Shown piece by piece: positions 40,144 to 51,856 of a stretch of DNA of 64,000 bases. Each line of letters opens with the position of its first letter. Within the stretch, counting starts at the first letter, position 1. A program made the position numbers and the translations under genes. This DNA is from Eledone cirrhosa. Lineage: Eukaryota. Location of the stretch: NCBI GenBank assembly GCA_964016885.1, contig OZ024741.1, positions 202,120,001 to 202,184,000 on the forward strand. The letters are read 5' to 3'. Below the pieces are notes generated by a model. It did no database searches and had not been told where the DNA came from. It saw only the letters and a program-made list of their open reading frames with translations.

Positions 40144-40181
<38 letters not shown>

Positions 40182-41945
40182 CGTGTGTTGCTGCATCGCT
40201 TGTTAGCTTAAACCAGCCATCTCATTTCGGTTCTCTCTGATCGGTTGTTTATTTGCGGTTGCAGACGTTTGATAAAAAGCGCTTCCTTGATACGTAACGT
40301 GCCGACGTTTCTTTCAGTCGCTAGAATTGTGACAATGGGCTTTCCGTCTTTGTTTCCGCATTTGTCTATGTGTTTCCGGAAAGACGAGGCCCTGGTTTTA
40401 GTGTGTTCCTTGATCCGGATGTGCAAAGGTCGGATTGTGCTACCTATGTAGTATTGGTTGCACCTGTCACATTCTATCTTATACACGACGTATGTGCGTA
40501 GGCAACAGTTCGCATGGCGTATCGGGCAGGAAGGATCCACTGCAACTTCTACCGAAAGGCAGCCTGCAGGGACCTGTTCGTTCACTACAAGTCCGCCCTC
40601 CCTAACAGTACCAAAAGAGGATACATCACGAACGAGATCGCGCGAATCAAAAACAGATGCAGCGATCCCGCGAGTGGTGTCACTCATACCAAGCGATTCC
40701 TCGAGGTGCTGGAGACGAACGGGTACCCTACCTCGATCACAGACAGAATAGGAGACACCAGACGCAAGAGACAGAGAGGCACCCAAGGCAAGTGCTTCCT
40801 TAAAATGCCACACCTGGGCGAAAATACCACCAACGCTATCCGCAAGGCTATACGGAGGGAGGGCCTCGACATCCACCTGGCCCACTCGGGCCCCTCCCTG
40901 CGAAGATGTCTCTCCAGGAAACCCGGGAAATCTACTGATGCATGCTCCCTCAGAGACTTCCGATACGCCATGCGAACTGTTGCCTACGCACATACGTCGT
41001 GTATAAGATAGAATGTGACAGGTGCAACCAATACTACATAGGTAGCACAATCCGACCTTTGCACATCCGGATCAAGGAACACACTAAAACCAGGGCCTCG
41101 TCTTTCCGGAAACACATAGACAAATGCGGAAACAAAGACGGAAGGCCCATTGTCACAATTCTAGCGACTGAAAGAAACGTCGGCACGTTACGTATCAAGG
41201 AAGCGCTTTTTATCAAACGTCTGCAACCGCAAATAAACAACCGATCAGAGAGAACCGAAATGAGATGGCTGGTTTAAGCTAACAAACGATGCAGCAACAC
41301 ACGCACACACACACACACACAAACGAGACAACTACACACACACACGCACACACACACAGTAGCATTCCACCATACGAACATACTACACTACCAATACAGA
41401 GGAACAAGGCAACAACACACGCACACACACACACACTCAAGCGAGACAACAACACACGCACACACACACACACAGTAACATTTAACAAACAGGCAGAGAA
41501 TGGACTGACAGCTAGCGCCACCCCACTCCCTCATTCGGCCGCTGACCTCTGCCCGACCGACCCCATTTCACGCGCACGCGCGCTCTGCCGAATACCTCAG
41601 ATATTCAAAACAACAAACAGCGTAGGACGCGTTTCGCACCTGTCCGACAGACAACCTTTCCCCCACCCCGGAAAAACCCCCAGTTGATGGATGTGAATCC
41701 GAAATATATAGGGACTATTAAATCTCTCCCAAGGTAACTCTCTCTCGTGTTGTTATTTTTATTTTATCCTTTATACTCTTTCCTTCATTCTTCTACACAT
41801 ATCATACACACCACGCATCTCAACGTACACCCACTTACATCTCTCTCTCCACCACCGGATCTTGTTACCCGGAGATTTACCCATTTGCATTGTCGAGGCT
41901 TCCAAACGACTTAAAGATATTTACTTATTATTCCACAATGCTTCA
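40080..41945 (+). mobile_element. PLE of another clade: RT thumb + GIY-YIG + 3' pLTR with inverted 5' duplication
   Basis: FYRK..VHYKSALP..NGYP; 40080-40525 is the inverse of ~40960-41389; degenerate HHR at 41678-41713. Confidence 0.85.
40942..41277 (+). CDS. PLE GIY-YIG endonuclease (fragment)
   Basis: VVYKIEC..C...YIGST.RPL..R..EH...EALFI....P.IN. Confidence 0.85.
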   Translation: MLPQRLPIRHANCCLRTYVVYKIECDRCNQYYIGSTIRPLHIRIKEHTKTRASSFRKHIDKCGNKDGRPIVTILATERNVGTLRIKEALFIKRLQPQINNRSERTEMRWLV

Positions 41946-41963
41946 AGCAAACTTCAATACTCT

Positions 41964-42055
<92 letters not shown>

Positions 42056-42325
42056 CCCTAAGTATTGAGTACTCTGGTGCGTTATGGCCCATCTGGTTCC
42101 TTACCACAATTCCTTTGTTATATATATATATAACCAAAGATTAATATGGTTCATTGATTACTCAATGAATACAGTTTTACAATAGATTAAAAGCACTCAA
42201 CAAGGAGTTTTCCTGAAGTTTTTAATATTATTCAAAATATTAACAAATGAAGATATTCACATACTGCCAATACAGGAATTGAAATATCAAGACCGTAGAG
42301 GTATGTCATATATCAAATTATATAT

Positions 42326-42385
42326 TTTATCTGACGAGGACGTACTGAAAAAACAACACAATACCTTCGAAATATATATAATAAA
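42326..42385 (+). ncRNA. Type I hammerhead ribozyme motif
   Basis: tttat-CTGACGA-ggacgta..taccttc-GAAATATATATA-ataaa. Confidence 0.75.
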
Positions 42386-42694
42386 GCATATATTTTGATT
42401 GTGTGAATATCTTCATTTGTTAATATTTTGAATAATATATATATATATGTATATTTATTAAAATAACAGATTAAAGTTTAAGCAAAGAATCGCTGCTTTC
42501 ACCCTTAACGGGATCTTCTGAAACTCTTCAAAGCCACCTCCATGGTTTCATGCATATTCTCCCTTGTCATCTTCCAATGTAAGATTATACCCCCCCCACA
42601 CACACACACACACACACTTTCCTGGCAAGTAACATGTTTCTACCACCTCCTCTACTCCCATAACTCTGATTCTAGACAAGGACACAAGTGCCCT

Positions 42695-43146
42695 AGTGTT
42701 GTAAAGTGGTAATGCTAGTGCCACAATAAAATGCACTCAGCCTACTCTGTAAAGTGTTAGAGCTGGTGCCATGATAAAAAGCACCCAATCCACGCAATAA
42801 GGTGATTGTGTTGATGTCTTGATAAAATTCACCCAATCCACCATGATAAAAAGTACCAAGTACATACTGTAATGGGGTAGTACTGATGCCATGATAAAAA
42901 GCACCCAATCCACTCTATAGTGTTGGTACCATGATAAAATACACTCAGTTGACTCTGTCATGACAAGAAGGATCCAATCCACTCTATAAGGTGGAAGTAC
43001 TGGTACCACTATAAAATATACAAAGTATATCCACAAAGGCCATCCAGCTGTAGAAACCATGACCACCTGACTAGTCTGGCCTCAGAACATGACAAACCAT
43101 CTAACCCGTGAAGTATAGAAAATAGACGTCAAACAGTGATGATGAT
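42695..43146 (+). mobile_element. RTE 3'-UTR-related repeat with 7-8 degenerate ~45-bp units and GAT tail
   Basis: Repeated gccatgataaaaagcacccaatccac units, then ggcatccagctgtagaaacc. Confidence 0.65.
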
Positions 43147-43155
43147 TATATGCAT

Positions 43156-43188
<33 letters not shown>

Positions 43189-43430
43189 AAGTTATATTTA
43201 AAATTGTTGGGTTACAACTAGTAAATATTTATAACTGATATAAAAGCACTCGACAAATATTTGGAGTATATTTACAATATTAAATAAATGGAAAACTATA
43301 TTTATAAAACCATATTTATTTCATTATATATATTATATATATTACACTGCTAGAGTAAACCTCTTCAAATGAAGTTGATGTTTATTACGGTATGTCGAAT
43401 ATATTTATCTATAAAACTGTTTATATTGTA

Positions 43431-43492
43431 TTTTGTCTGATGAAGGCATAGCATATTGTTAATATGATATCCCCGAAATATATATAATGAAA
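43431..43492 (+). ncRNA. Type I hammerhead ribozyme motif
   Basis: ttttgt-CTGATGA-aggcatagcatatt-gtt-aatatgatatcccc-GAAATATATATA-atgaaa. Confidence 0.78.
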
Positions 43493-43536
43493 TAAATATG
43501 GTTTTATAAATATAGTTTTCCATTTATTTAATATTG

Positions 43537-43570
<34 letters not shown>

Positions 43571-43990
43571 TATATATATTAGTAAAATTCATCTTATCAA
43601 ATGTTGAGTACTACAATTAAATGAATTAATAAGAATTAAAAACTAAAAATTAAAGATTTGAAATTAAGGTTAGTTTTTTTCATCTAAGAGAAAAAATTGC
43701 TCATACACATTTTCCAAAAATTCCTGATTGAAAGCCACCACTGATGCTTTGCTTTGTTTTTTTTTTATTTCCCACCACAAAGGGGCCTGTGACAGACAGG
43801 CTGAAGTACACACACACACACACGTGTATATTTTTATATATACACTCTCTCACGTACACACTCACACTCTCTAAAACCATATTCCAAAAATAGAACTTCT
43901 TTTACAACCCTACTGTTGCCAATCCCATAGAATTTGTCTCTATTTACATGTATATATATCATATCATCAGTGTTTAATGTCTATATATAT

Positions 43991-46900
43991 ATCATCATCA
44001 TCATCATCATCATCATTTTACGTCCGCTTTTCCCTGCTTGCAAGGGTTGGACGGCTCCTATTCAGCACAGCATCTCTCCACTTGTCATGGCCCTTCATCA
44101 TCTCCTCTGTGAGTTTCAACGGTCTGAGGTCTGCTCTCACCACCTCCACCTATGTTTTACGTGGTCTACCTCTTCTGCGTCTTCCTTCTACTGGGATTTC
44201 TTGGCACTTCTCCAGCCGTCGCATATCCTCTGCAGTTGCCGCCCATGTCTCACTACCATGCAGCATCGCGCATCTCACACAGGCATCATATAACTGTCCT
44301 TTCGTATGCAGGGAGAAAACCTTCTTTGTCAACAAAGGAAGCAGCTCCCTAAACTTCTTCCAACCCGTCCTTATTCTAGATACTATTGCCTCGGAACACC
44401 CCCTCCCATGCTAAACTGATCTCCTAGGTACCAGAAGCTATCAACCACTTCTATAGGACCCACCTGCATTGGAAAAATGTGTCTATCGCTGCGATTAATA
44501 CTGTCAAATTTCCCTGTATATCTACTGCATACATAGTTTTCCCAACCTGTTAGTTTTCCTGCTATCCCACTACATCTCTTGTGTACCCTAGATCAGCAGT
44601 GCGTACATTTTATGGAATTTATGCCAGTTCCTTTCCTACATATCGAACATGGCCATTTCCCTGATGGAATCGGAGTATTGTCCTCTCTTCTACTTATCAA
44701 CACTTTTGTCTTAGATATGTTCACTCTCAGTCCTCTTGCTTCCAACTGCTGTTTCCATAGCCAGAATTTATTCTCTAGCTCCTCTACTGATGCTGCTATA
44801 AGAGCTAGATCATCAGCATAGAGAAGTTCCCATGGGCATCCAGTCTTAAACTCCTCTGTTATGGCTTGGAGGACTATAATGAACAAGAGTGGGCTGAGGA
44901 CCAAACCCTGATGTACACCTACTTGTATCTGGAATTCCTCACCAAACTCCATACCTACTCTCAATTTACTGACAGCACCCCCGTACATAGCTTGCACTGC
45001 CCTCACAAGCCTAGTGACCACAAACCTTAGGGACCACCAGATGACAGATCGGGGTACCCTATCAAAGGCCTTCTCTAGGTCAACAAAAGCTAAGTATAGT
45101 GGCTTATTCTTCTCTAAGAACTTCTCTTGTAGTTGCCTCACTAAGAAGAGAGCATCTGTTGTACTTTTCCCAGGCACAAAACCAAACTGCATCTCATCTT
45201 TAGACCCTTTCTCTAATCAGTTGCGCTAATATTCTCTCTGCCACTTTCATAACCTGATCCATCAACTTTATGTCCCTATAATTGCTCCTCTCTAGAGCAT
45301 CCCCTTTACCTTTGTAGCAATTTATGAGAATACTGCTGCACCAGTCTTTGGGTATGACACCACCATATATAACTTGATTGATGATGCGTGCAACCAGTTT
45401 AATGCCTACTTCACCTGATGCCTTCAGCATCTCAGTAACTATCCCCGACGGTCCAGTAGCCTTACCATTCTTTAATTGCATCTTGTACCCTATATTCGTC
45501 TATCTCAATAGCTGGTCCCTCTGTTGGGTCTACTGGGGGTAATTTCTCTCTGTCCCATTCATTCTCCACATTCATCAGTCTCTCATAATGACATTTCCAG
45601 GCCTCCTTTTTTTTATCATTCGTGACACTAAGTACACCGGCGTCATTCTGGACACACTTCTCTCCAACAACATCCTGATTTGCACTGACACACCGCCTTG
45701 CAATGCGGAACAGCACACGTCTCTCATCTTCCCGTCGCAGAACATTGGCAAACCTCCTACTCTCAGCTTCCCTGCGTGCTAAGTACACCTGACGTCTAGC
45801 TTCTCTCCTAGCAGCTGTGTGTCCTTCTCTACTCCCACCCTTTTTCCAAGCATTCCATGCTAGTCTTTTGTCTCTAATGGCCCTATCTACCGTGCTGTTC
45901 CACCACCAGGTCACTCTCTGTCTGGTTGAAGCTCTGCCCCAACCACAAGTTTCTTCAGTAGCCTGCAGTAAGTTGTCACATAAGAAAGTCCAGTTATCAT
46001 CTGTCATACAACTCTAAATCGTCTTCTTTTTCGTCATACACCTCTTGAAGGGCTTTGCTAAATTTATATTTTAATGAAAGGTCTTTTAGCTTCCAGACCT
46101 TTCTTTTCCACAACTTCCTGTATGTCTCATTCTTTCTCATGCTTACTGAGATGTCACTAACGACTAACCTATGCTGTGGGGTACATTCTTCCCCAGGTTA
46201 TACCTTAGTATTTGACACCATCTGATGTCTCGCTGTCTAACTAGCAGGAAGTCAATCTGGCTTATGTGCTCGCCTGATTTGTAGGTTATTAGGTGGTTGG
46301 TAGACTTCTGGGTGTTAGTGTTGCAAATGGTTAGTGCATTTGCATCACAAAATTCAAGAAGCCTCACTCCTTCATTTCTTGAGCCGTAACCGTGCCCACC
46401 ATGTACCCCAGTATATCCATCCTGGAGCTGTCCAACATGTCCATTGAAGTCCCCAGCTAGCATAACGATGTCTCTGTCCTCTGTCATTGAGGCTGTTTGT
46501 AAAAGTTGCTCGTAAAAGCAGTCTTTCTCTTGTTTAGCTAGGCCTGCCTGGGGAGCATAGGCAGAGATGATTGTCACTAGCCTCTTGCCTACAGCTAATC
46601 TAAGCTTAATTATTCTATCACTACCTCTATTGTCTTATTGATCCACCTCTCAGCCAGTAATATGCCCACCCCAGAAAAGCTTATAACTCCGATGTTTTCC
46701 TGCAATTAGTCTTGCAGAGGCACCTCTCTATCGTACCTCTTGCACACAGCACACATCCACATGCCTTCTCTCACGCATCTCCGCTATCTCACCAGATCTA
46801 CCTGTTAAAGTGACAACATTAAGTGTGGCAACTCTGAGATGCGACGTCTCGTTCTTTTTCCTGTTGTGCGATTGCTTGATGACGGTCGTGGGGTTCTCTC

Positions 46901-47080
46901 ACATGGCCTCACCAGCCACCCCACTACCGTGCGCAGCCCTAACATGGTTAGTGTTATTGCTGTTTACGCAGTTGTTTTTGTGCAATTGCTTGATGACGGC
47001 CGGGCGTTCTCGCACATGGCCGAACCAGCCACTCCACTACCGTGCACAGCCCCATGGTTAGTGTAATTGCTGTTTACGCA
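43991..47080 (-). mobile_element. Degraded near full-length RTE LINE (second subfamily) with (GAT)n tail
   Basis: RVATLNV, SAYAPQ, GDFNGHVG, MQFGF, FVDLEKAFD, LYADD, MLHGSETW; tail at 43991-44016. Confidence 0.9.
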
Positions 47081-47789
47081 GACACTCACATACATACATA
47101 TACACACATATATATATATTACATTCAAAGTTATCGATGGCATGTTTGAGATAATCTCAAACATGCATCTTATCTCCCAAAAATAAGTTCAAAGAAAAAT
47201 TCAAGGAATAAATCTGAGCATTACAAAATAGTGAATGACATATGGAGATCAGCAATTGCCCATGCATACCCGTCTCCAAGAGCAAGGCAAAGGTTGATAC
47301 AGTTAGGCTCCAGTGACATCGTAACTCATTTCTACAGCTGAGTGAACTGAGCAATGTGAAATAAAGTGCCTTGCTCAAAGACACAACACATCACTCAATC
47401 CAGGAATTGAACTCACAACCTCATGATTCTGACCCCAATACCCTAAAAACTAAGCCATACACCTTCATTGACATAGGTATAAAATAAATATTGGTGTTGA
47501 TATATAACTACTTATATAGATATATAACAATTGCTCTTCCCTATACTTTACTTTGAAGTGCTGAATTCCTTTATTTGCTAACTTAAATTCCCAACATAAA
47601 AGCTACCTGACTGAGATTATTGTATTAACCATGGGAAAATTTGTTTTTTATCCACTTTAAGTAAAAATAAGAAGTGTTAAATGCTAACTGAGACTTCTTT
47701 ATAACATAGAAAAAGATTACAAGTTTGCCCTACTATTTCTATTGTTAAATTCTAGGTCAACGCAGTGTAGAATAAATTCATCCTATCTT

Positions 47790-48383
47790 TGGTGTTGGGT
47801 TCATCACTTTGAAACAAAGAAGGCCAAGGTCGTTTCATGGGCAGGGAAAGTGATGGCCTCAGTATTGAGGGATGTAAAAGGCATTGTGTTTATTGACTAT
47901 CTTCAAAGGGGCCACACCATCAATTGAGAGTACTATGACAACTTGCTGAGGTAGTTATGAAAGGCTATCAAACTATCAAGACCAAACACCCAGGAAAACT
48001 GACGAAAGGGGTCTTGCTTCACCAGGACAATGCTCCAGCACAAAAGTCTTTGGTTTCAATTGCTGCTGTGCATGACTGTGGCTTTGAACTAGCTAATCAC
48101 CCTCCCTATTCTTCTAATTTGGCCCCATCTCACTATCCTGTTCCCCAATGTGAAAAAACACTTGGGTGGGAACCAGAATTGCAGTAATGATTATGTCATA
48201 TCTACTGTTGGTGACGTTTTTTAACAAGATGAAAGCTTCTTCACCAATGGGATCCAAGCACTCCAATACCAATGGAAGAAATGTGTGGGCCGTAAGATGG
48301 ACTATGTTGAAAAATAAACCTCATTTGGTCACATTCATGAGAGTATCTTATTCAGCTTATGAACTTTTCAGCTAACCCTCGTA
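47790..48383 (+). mobile_element. mariner transposon 3' fragment with TIR
   Basis: AGKVMASV, LLHQDNAP, HPPYS.NLAPS; ends cttttcagctaaccctcg-TA. Inverted copy at 59960-60379. Confidence 0.85.
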
Positions 48384-48810
48384 TTTATATAAGTATATAT
48401 ATTTATTTATGTGAATATTTATTTATGTGAACATATTTATATAAATATATATATTTATTTATGTTGACTCAACTAAAATAGAATTAGAATTTAGCTTCGA
48501 CATAGCTGTACACAAATATGTATGTGAATTTGGTATATCTGAAGATATACAATCATCGTCATCATCATCATCATCGATTAACATCCATCTCTTGCACGCT
48601 ATCATGGGTAGTTAGAGGGGTTTTTCCAGTTTAGAGGCAAGTTGAACCGGGTGAAGTTGTCTCGCTAATATAGGACTGTTTCTGGGTGGTTTTCTATGGC
48701 TGGATGCCCTTCCTAATGCCAACCACATTTACAGTGTGTGCTGGGTGCTTTTTCGTGTCTTTTACATGACCACTTTACAGTGTGTGCTGGATATTTTGTG
48801 GTTCCAACAT

Positions 48811-49659
48811 CTGTTGAAATGTTGGATAAATATTCTGTTGCGGTCGGCCGCGAAGAGGCTGCTTTCGTTTATTTATCAAATATTTCTTCATAGGAGCCTT
48901 TATTCTTATAGCCTGGTCTAATTGATTTTTTATGTGGTTAATTATGCTAATTGGGAGAGGAAATAGTGTATATATTTTATCAAATGATTCTATGGACATA
49001 ATTTATGATATATTGCTCTGATTATTTAATTTATTAATTCTTCATTGAGCCACATCGTGAACGGTTGCCACATATATATCTGTGACTTTGTGTATATGTA
49101 AATCTTTATATTTAATAATCTCCCATTAGGTTGAGATGCAATTTGGGCAATATTGGGCTGCGCTTTCTAGCAACCAACCCACTCGCCGTAAGCAACTAAT
49201 CACATTCTTTCTAACTTGACCACTGCCACGTCACGATTCTTAGCCATTTTTTAATCTATTTCTGGCGGGGATCGCTTTGGAAAATTAACTGTCCTATGAG
49301 TTTGTCTCCTGATGAGTTCGATACTCGAGATTTATCCTTAATAGGATATCTCAAAACGCGAACGAAACCCAGGGTAGGGACATAATCACGGTAAGAGTGT
49401 ACGCATTTCTTCTAACTTTAAATTTATACCTAATTGTGTATGGTTGATGGTATATTTATTCGATTTCTACATGCTGTTGAAATGTTGGGTAAATATGCTA
49501 TTGCGGTCGGCCGCGAAGAGGCTGCTTTCGTTTATTTGTCAAATATTTCTTCATGGGAGCCTTTATTCTTATAGCCTGGTCTAATTGATTTTTTATGTGG
49601 TTAATTATGTTAATTGGGAGAGGAAATAGTGTATCAAATGATTCTATGGACATAATTTA

Positions 49660-49665
<6 letters not shown>
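48811..49665 (+). mobile_element. Non-coding HHR element with ~200-bp terminal direct repeats (663-bp period)
   Basis: 48811-49012 is repeated at 49474-49665; absent from the paralogous arm at ~59581. Confidence 0.8.
49303..49382 (+). ncRNA. Type I hammerhead ribozyme motif, canonical core
   Basis: tgtctc-CTGATGA-gttcg..cgaac-GAA-ACCCaGGGT-A-gggaca; inner hairpin tatcct/aggata in loop II. Confidence 0.88.
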
Positions 49666-49696
<31 letters not shown>

Positions 49697-50494
49697 TATA
49701 TATATTTTTGTTTTGCAAGGTTTTTGATATGAAATCATCTGTCGAAACAAATATTGTTATACTTGGGGAGGGTCATATTGTTGTAATAATATTGCCAGAA
49801 ATAATTGTTTCTACGTTAGGCACAAGGCCAGCAATTACACAGTGCATTACTGGTACTTTATTTTATCGACCCCGTAAAGATGAAAGGTTAACTTTGCCTT
49901 TCATCTTTACGGGGTCGATAAAATAAAGTACCAGTAATGCACTGGGTATTTGCTGGCCTTGTGCCTAAAGTAGAAACAATTATTTCTGGCAATATTATTG
50001 CCAGAAATAATATCAGAACACACTCACTGTTTGGTTGGTTTTTGCTTCTGCATCTTTTATATCTCCATAGTTAATTTATTTGGCAATCAATGTTTATCAT
50101 TGACTGACCAACGGTTAAAAATACAGATATATACATATATATAGTCTAACAAAGTTCTTTCGTTGAACATCTGCAACATCATCAGTGGTACTATTATCAT
50201 GTTACCCTCTATTGTGTTGTATTGTAATGTTCCAAAAATGGCGTGAACATTACAATACAACACAATAGGCGGAAACATGATAATAGTACCACTGATGATG
50301 TCGCAGATGTATTATTACATTCCAGCATAGTTACTTCCCTTTACGATCTGAGTTCAAATCCCGCCGAGGTTGACTTTGCCTTTCATCTTTACGGGGTCGA
50401 TAAAATAAAGTACCAGTAATGCACTGGGTATTTGCTGGCCTTGTGCCTAAAGTAGAAACAATTATTACAACAATATGACCCTCCCCAAGTATAA

Positions 50495-50540
<46 letters not shown>

Positions 50541-50654
50541 ATACATGCATGTATATAACATGGTAATTATATATATATATATTTGCATGCATATACATAT
50601 ACCATACATATACATATACCATATATACACACATATATATATACATATATATAT

Positions 50655-51704
50655 ATCATCATCCTTGCCATTTAACTTCCATCTTCCATACTAGCATGGG
50701 TAGGATTTAGGGAGAAAATCAGGTCAGAGAACCATGTTTAGCTCACCCAGGGCAGATTTTGGCTTGGTTTCTACAGCTGGGTGCCCTTCCTAACATCAAC
50801 CACATTTACAGTGTGTGCTGGGTGCTTTTTGTCATGTCACCTACACAACTACATTACAGTGGGGACTGGGCACTTTTTGTCGTGTCAGTGAAATGACAAC
50901 TTTACAGTGGGGACTAGGAACTTATGTCTTGGGACTAGGGAAGGAGAAGGAAGCTTGGGGAAATTGCAGACACAGCTAATAGGGGAGGGAGGGTTACCGC
51001 AAAGGTAGTGTTTGAGAGGGGAGAAGGTTGAGGGAGGTGTTGTCTACTAGGTATAAGCCTCAGCCTGAGAATAATAGAAGGCAGGTCTTCTGTAATACTG
51101 CATAGCACCAAAGGTCGTGGTCCTGTGTCATTGCTTTAGTGAGGTGTAATTGTGCAAGGTCTGCTTTTATTACCTCATCCCAAGTCTTCCTAGGCCTGCC
51201 CACTCCACGGCTACCATCAACTTTGAGTGCTCTGCACCTTTTTATACAGCTGTCACCCATCATACGCATCACATGTCCATACCAACACAATCTCTTCTCC
51301 TGCACACAACAACTGATCCCTCTTATGCCTAATTTCTCACGCAGTACATTTATACTTTGCCATTCACATTTATTGCTATTGCACATCCAGTGAAGCTTGG
51401 AGGCTTCATTTCTTTACAATCTTCACAGGTTCTCAGCACACAGTGCCCAGGTCTCACAGCTGTGCAACATTGCTGTTCGTATACATGCATCATACAGTCT
51501 GCCTTTCATTTTGAGGGAAAAATCTTTTGTAGTTAGTAACAGTAGTAGTTCCCTATATTTTCTCCAACCCGATCTCACTCTGGTTACTGTGCTTTCAGAA
51601 CACCCTCCCCACTACTGATTTGGTCACCCAGGTAACAGAAACTATCTACCTCTTCAACCGAGCCCTCTGAGTATTTGAAGGTGATTGTATCCTGAGGGTT
51701 CTTG
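50655..51704 (-). mobile_element. RTE LINE 3' fragment
   Basis: RLCWYGHVMRM..GRPRKTW plus 3' UTR; copies at 57515-58563 (+) and 60385-61085 (+). Confidence 0.85.
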
Positions 51705-51804
51705 TGTATATATATGTGTGTATATATATATGGTATATGTATGTGTATGGTATATGTATATGCATGCAAATATATATATATATAATTACCATGTTATATA
51801 CATG

Positions 51805-51854
<50 letters not shown>

Positions 51855-51856
<2 letters not shown>

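Larger units (their letters stand above)
47964..51704. repeat. Left arm of an inverted segmental duplication (partner 57515-60379)
   Basis: Mirror ORFs in the track (48166/59968, 50087/58937, 51060/57833, 51397/57601). Confidence 0.9.

Noticed and set aside
41621-41652. Minus-strand GAAACGCGTC HHR half
   Set aside because: No CUGANGA partner or stem I found.
42695-43030. CRISPR-like array of ~45-bp units (also 3927-4090)
   Set aside because: Degenerate tandem units without unique spacers, part of the RTE 3' UTR; eukaryotic context and no cas genes.
47790-48187. SETMAR-like host gene
   Set aside because: Only a broken mariner transposase with a TIR; no SET domain.
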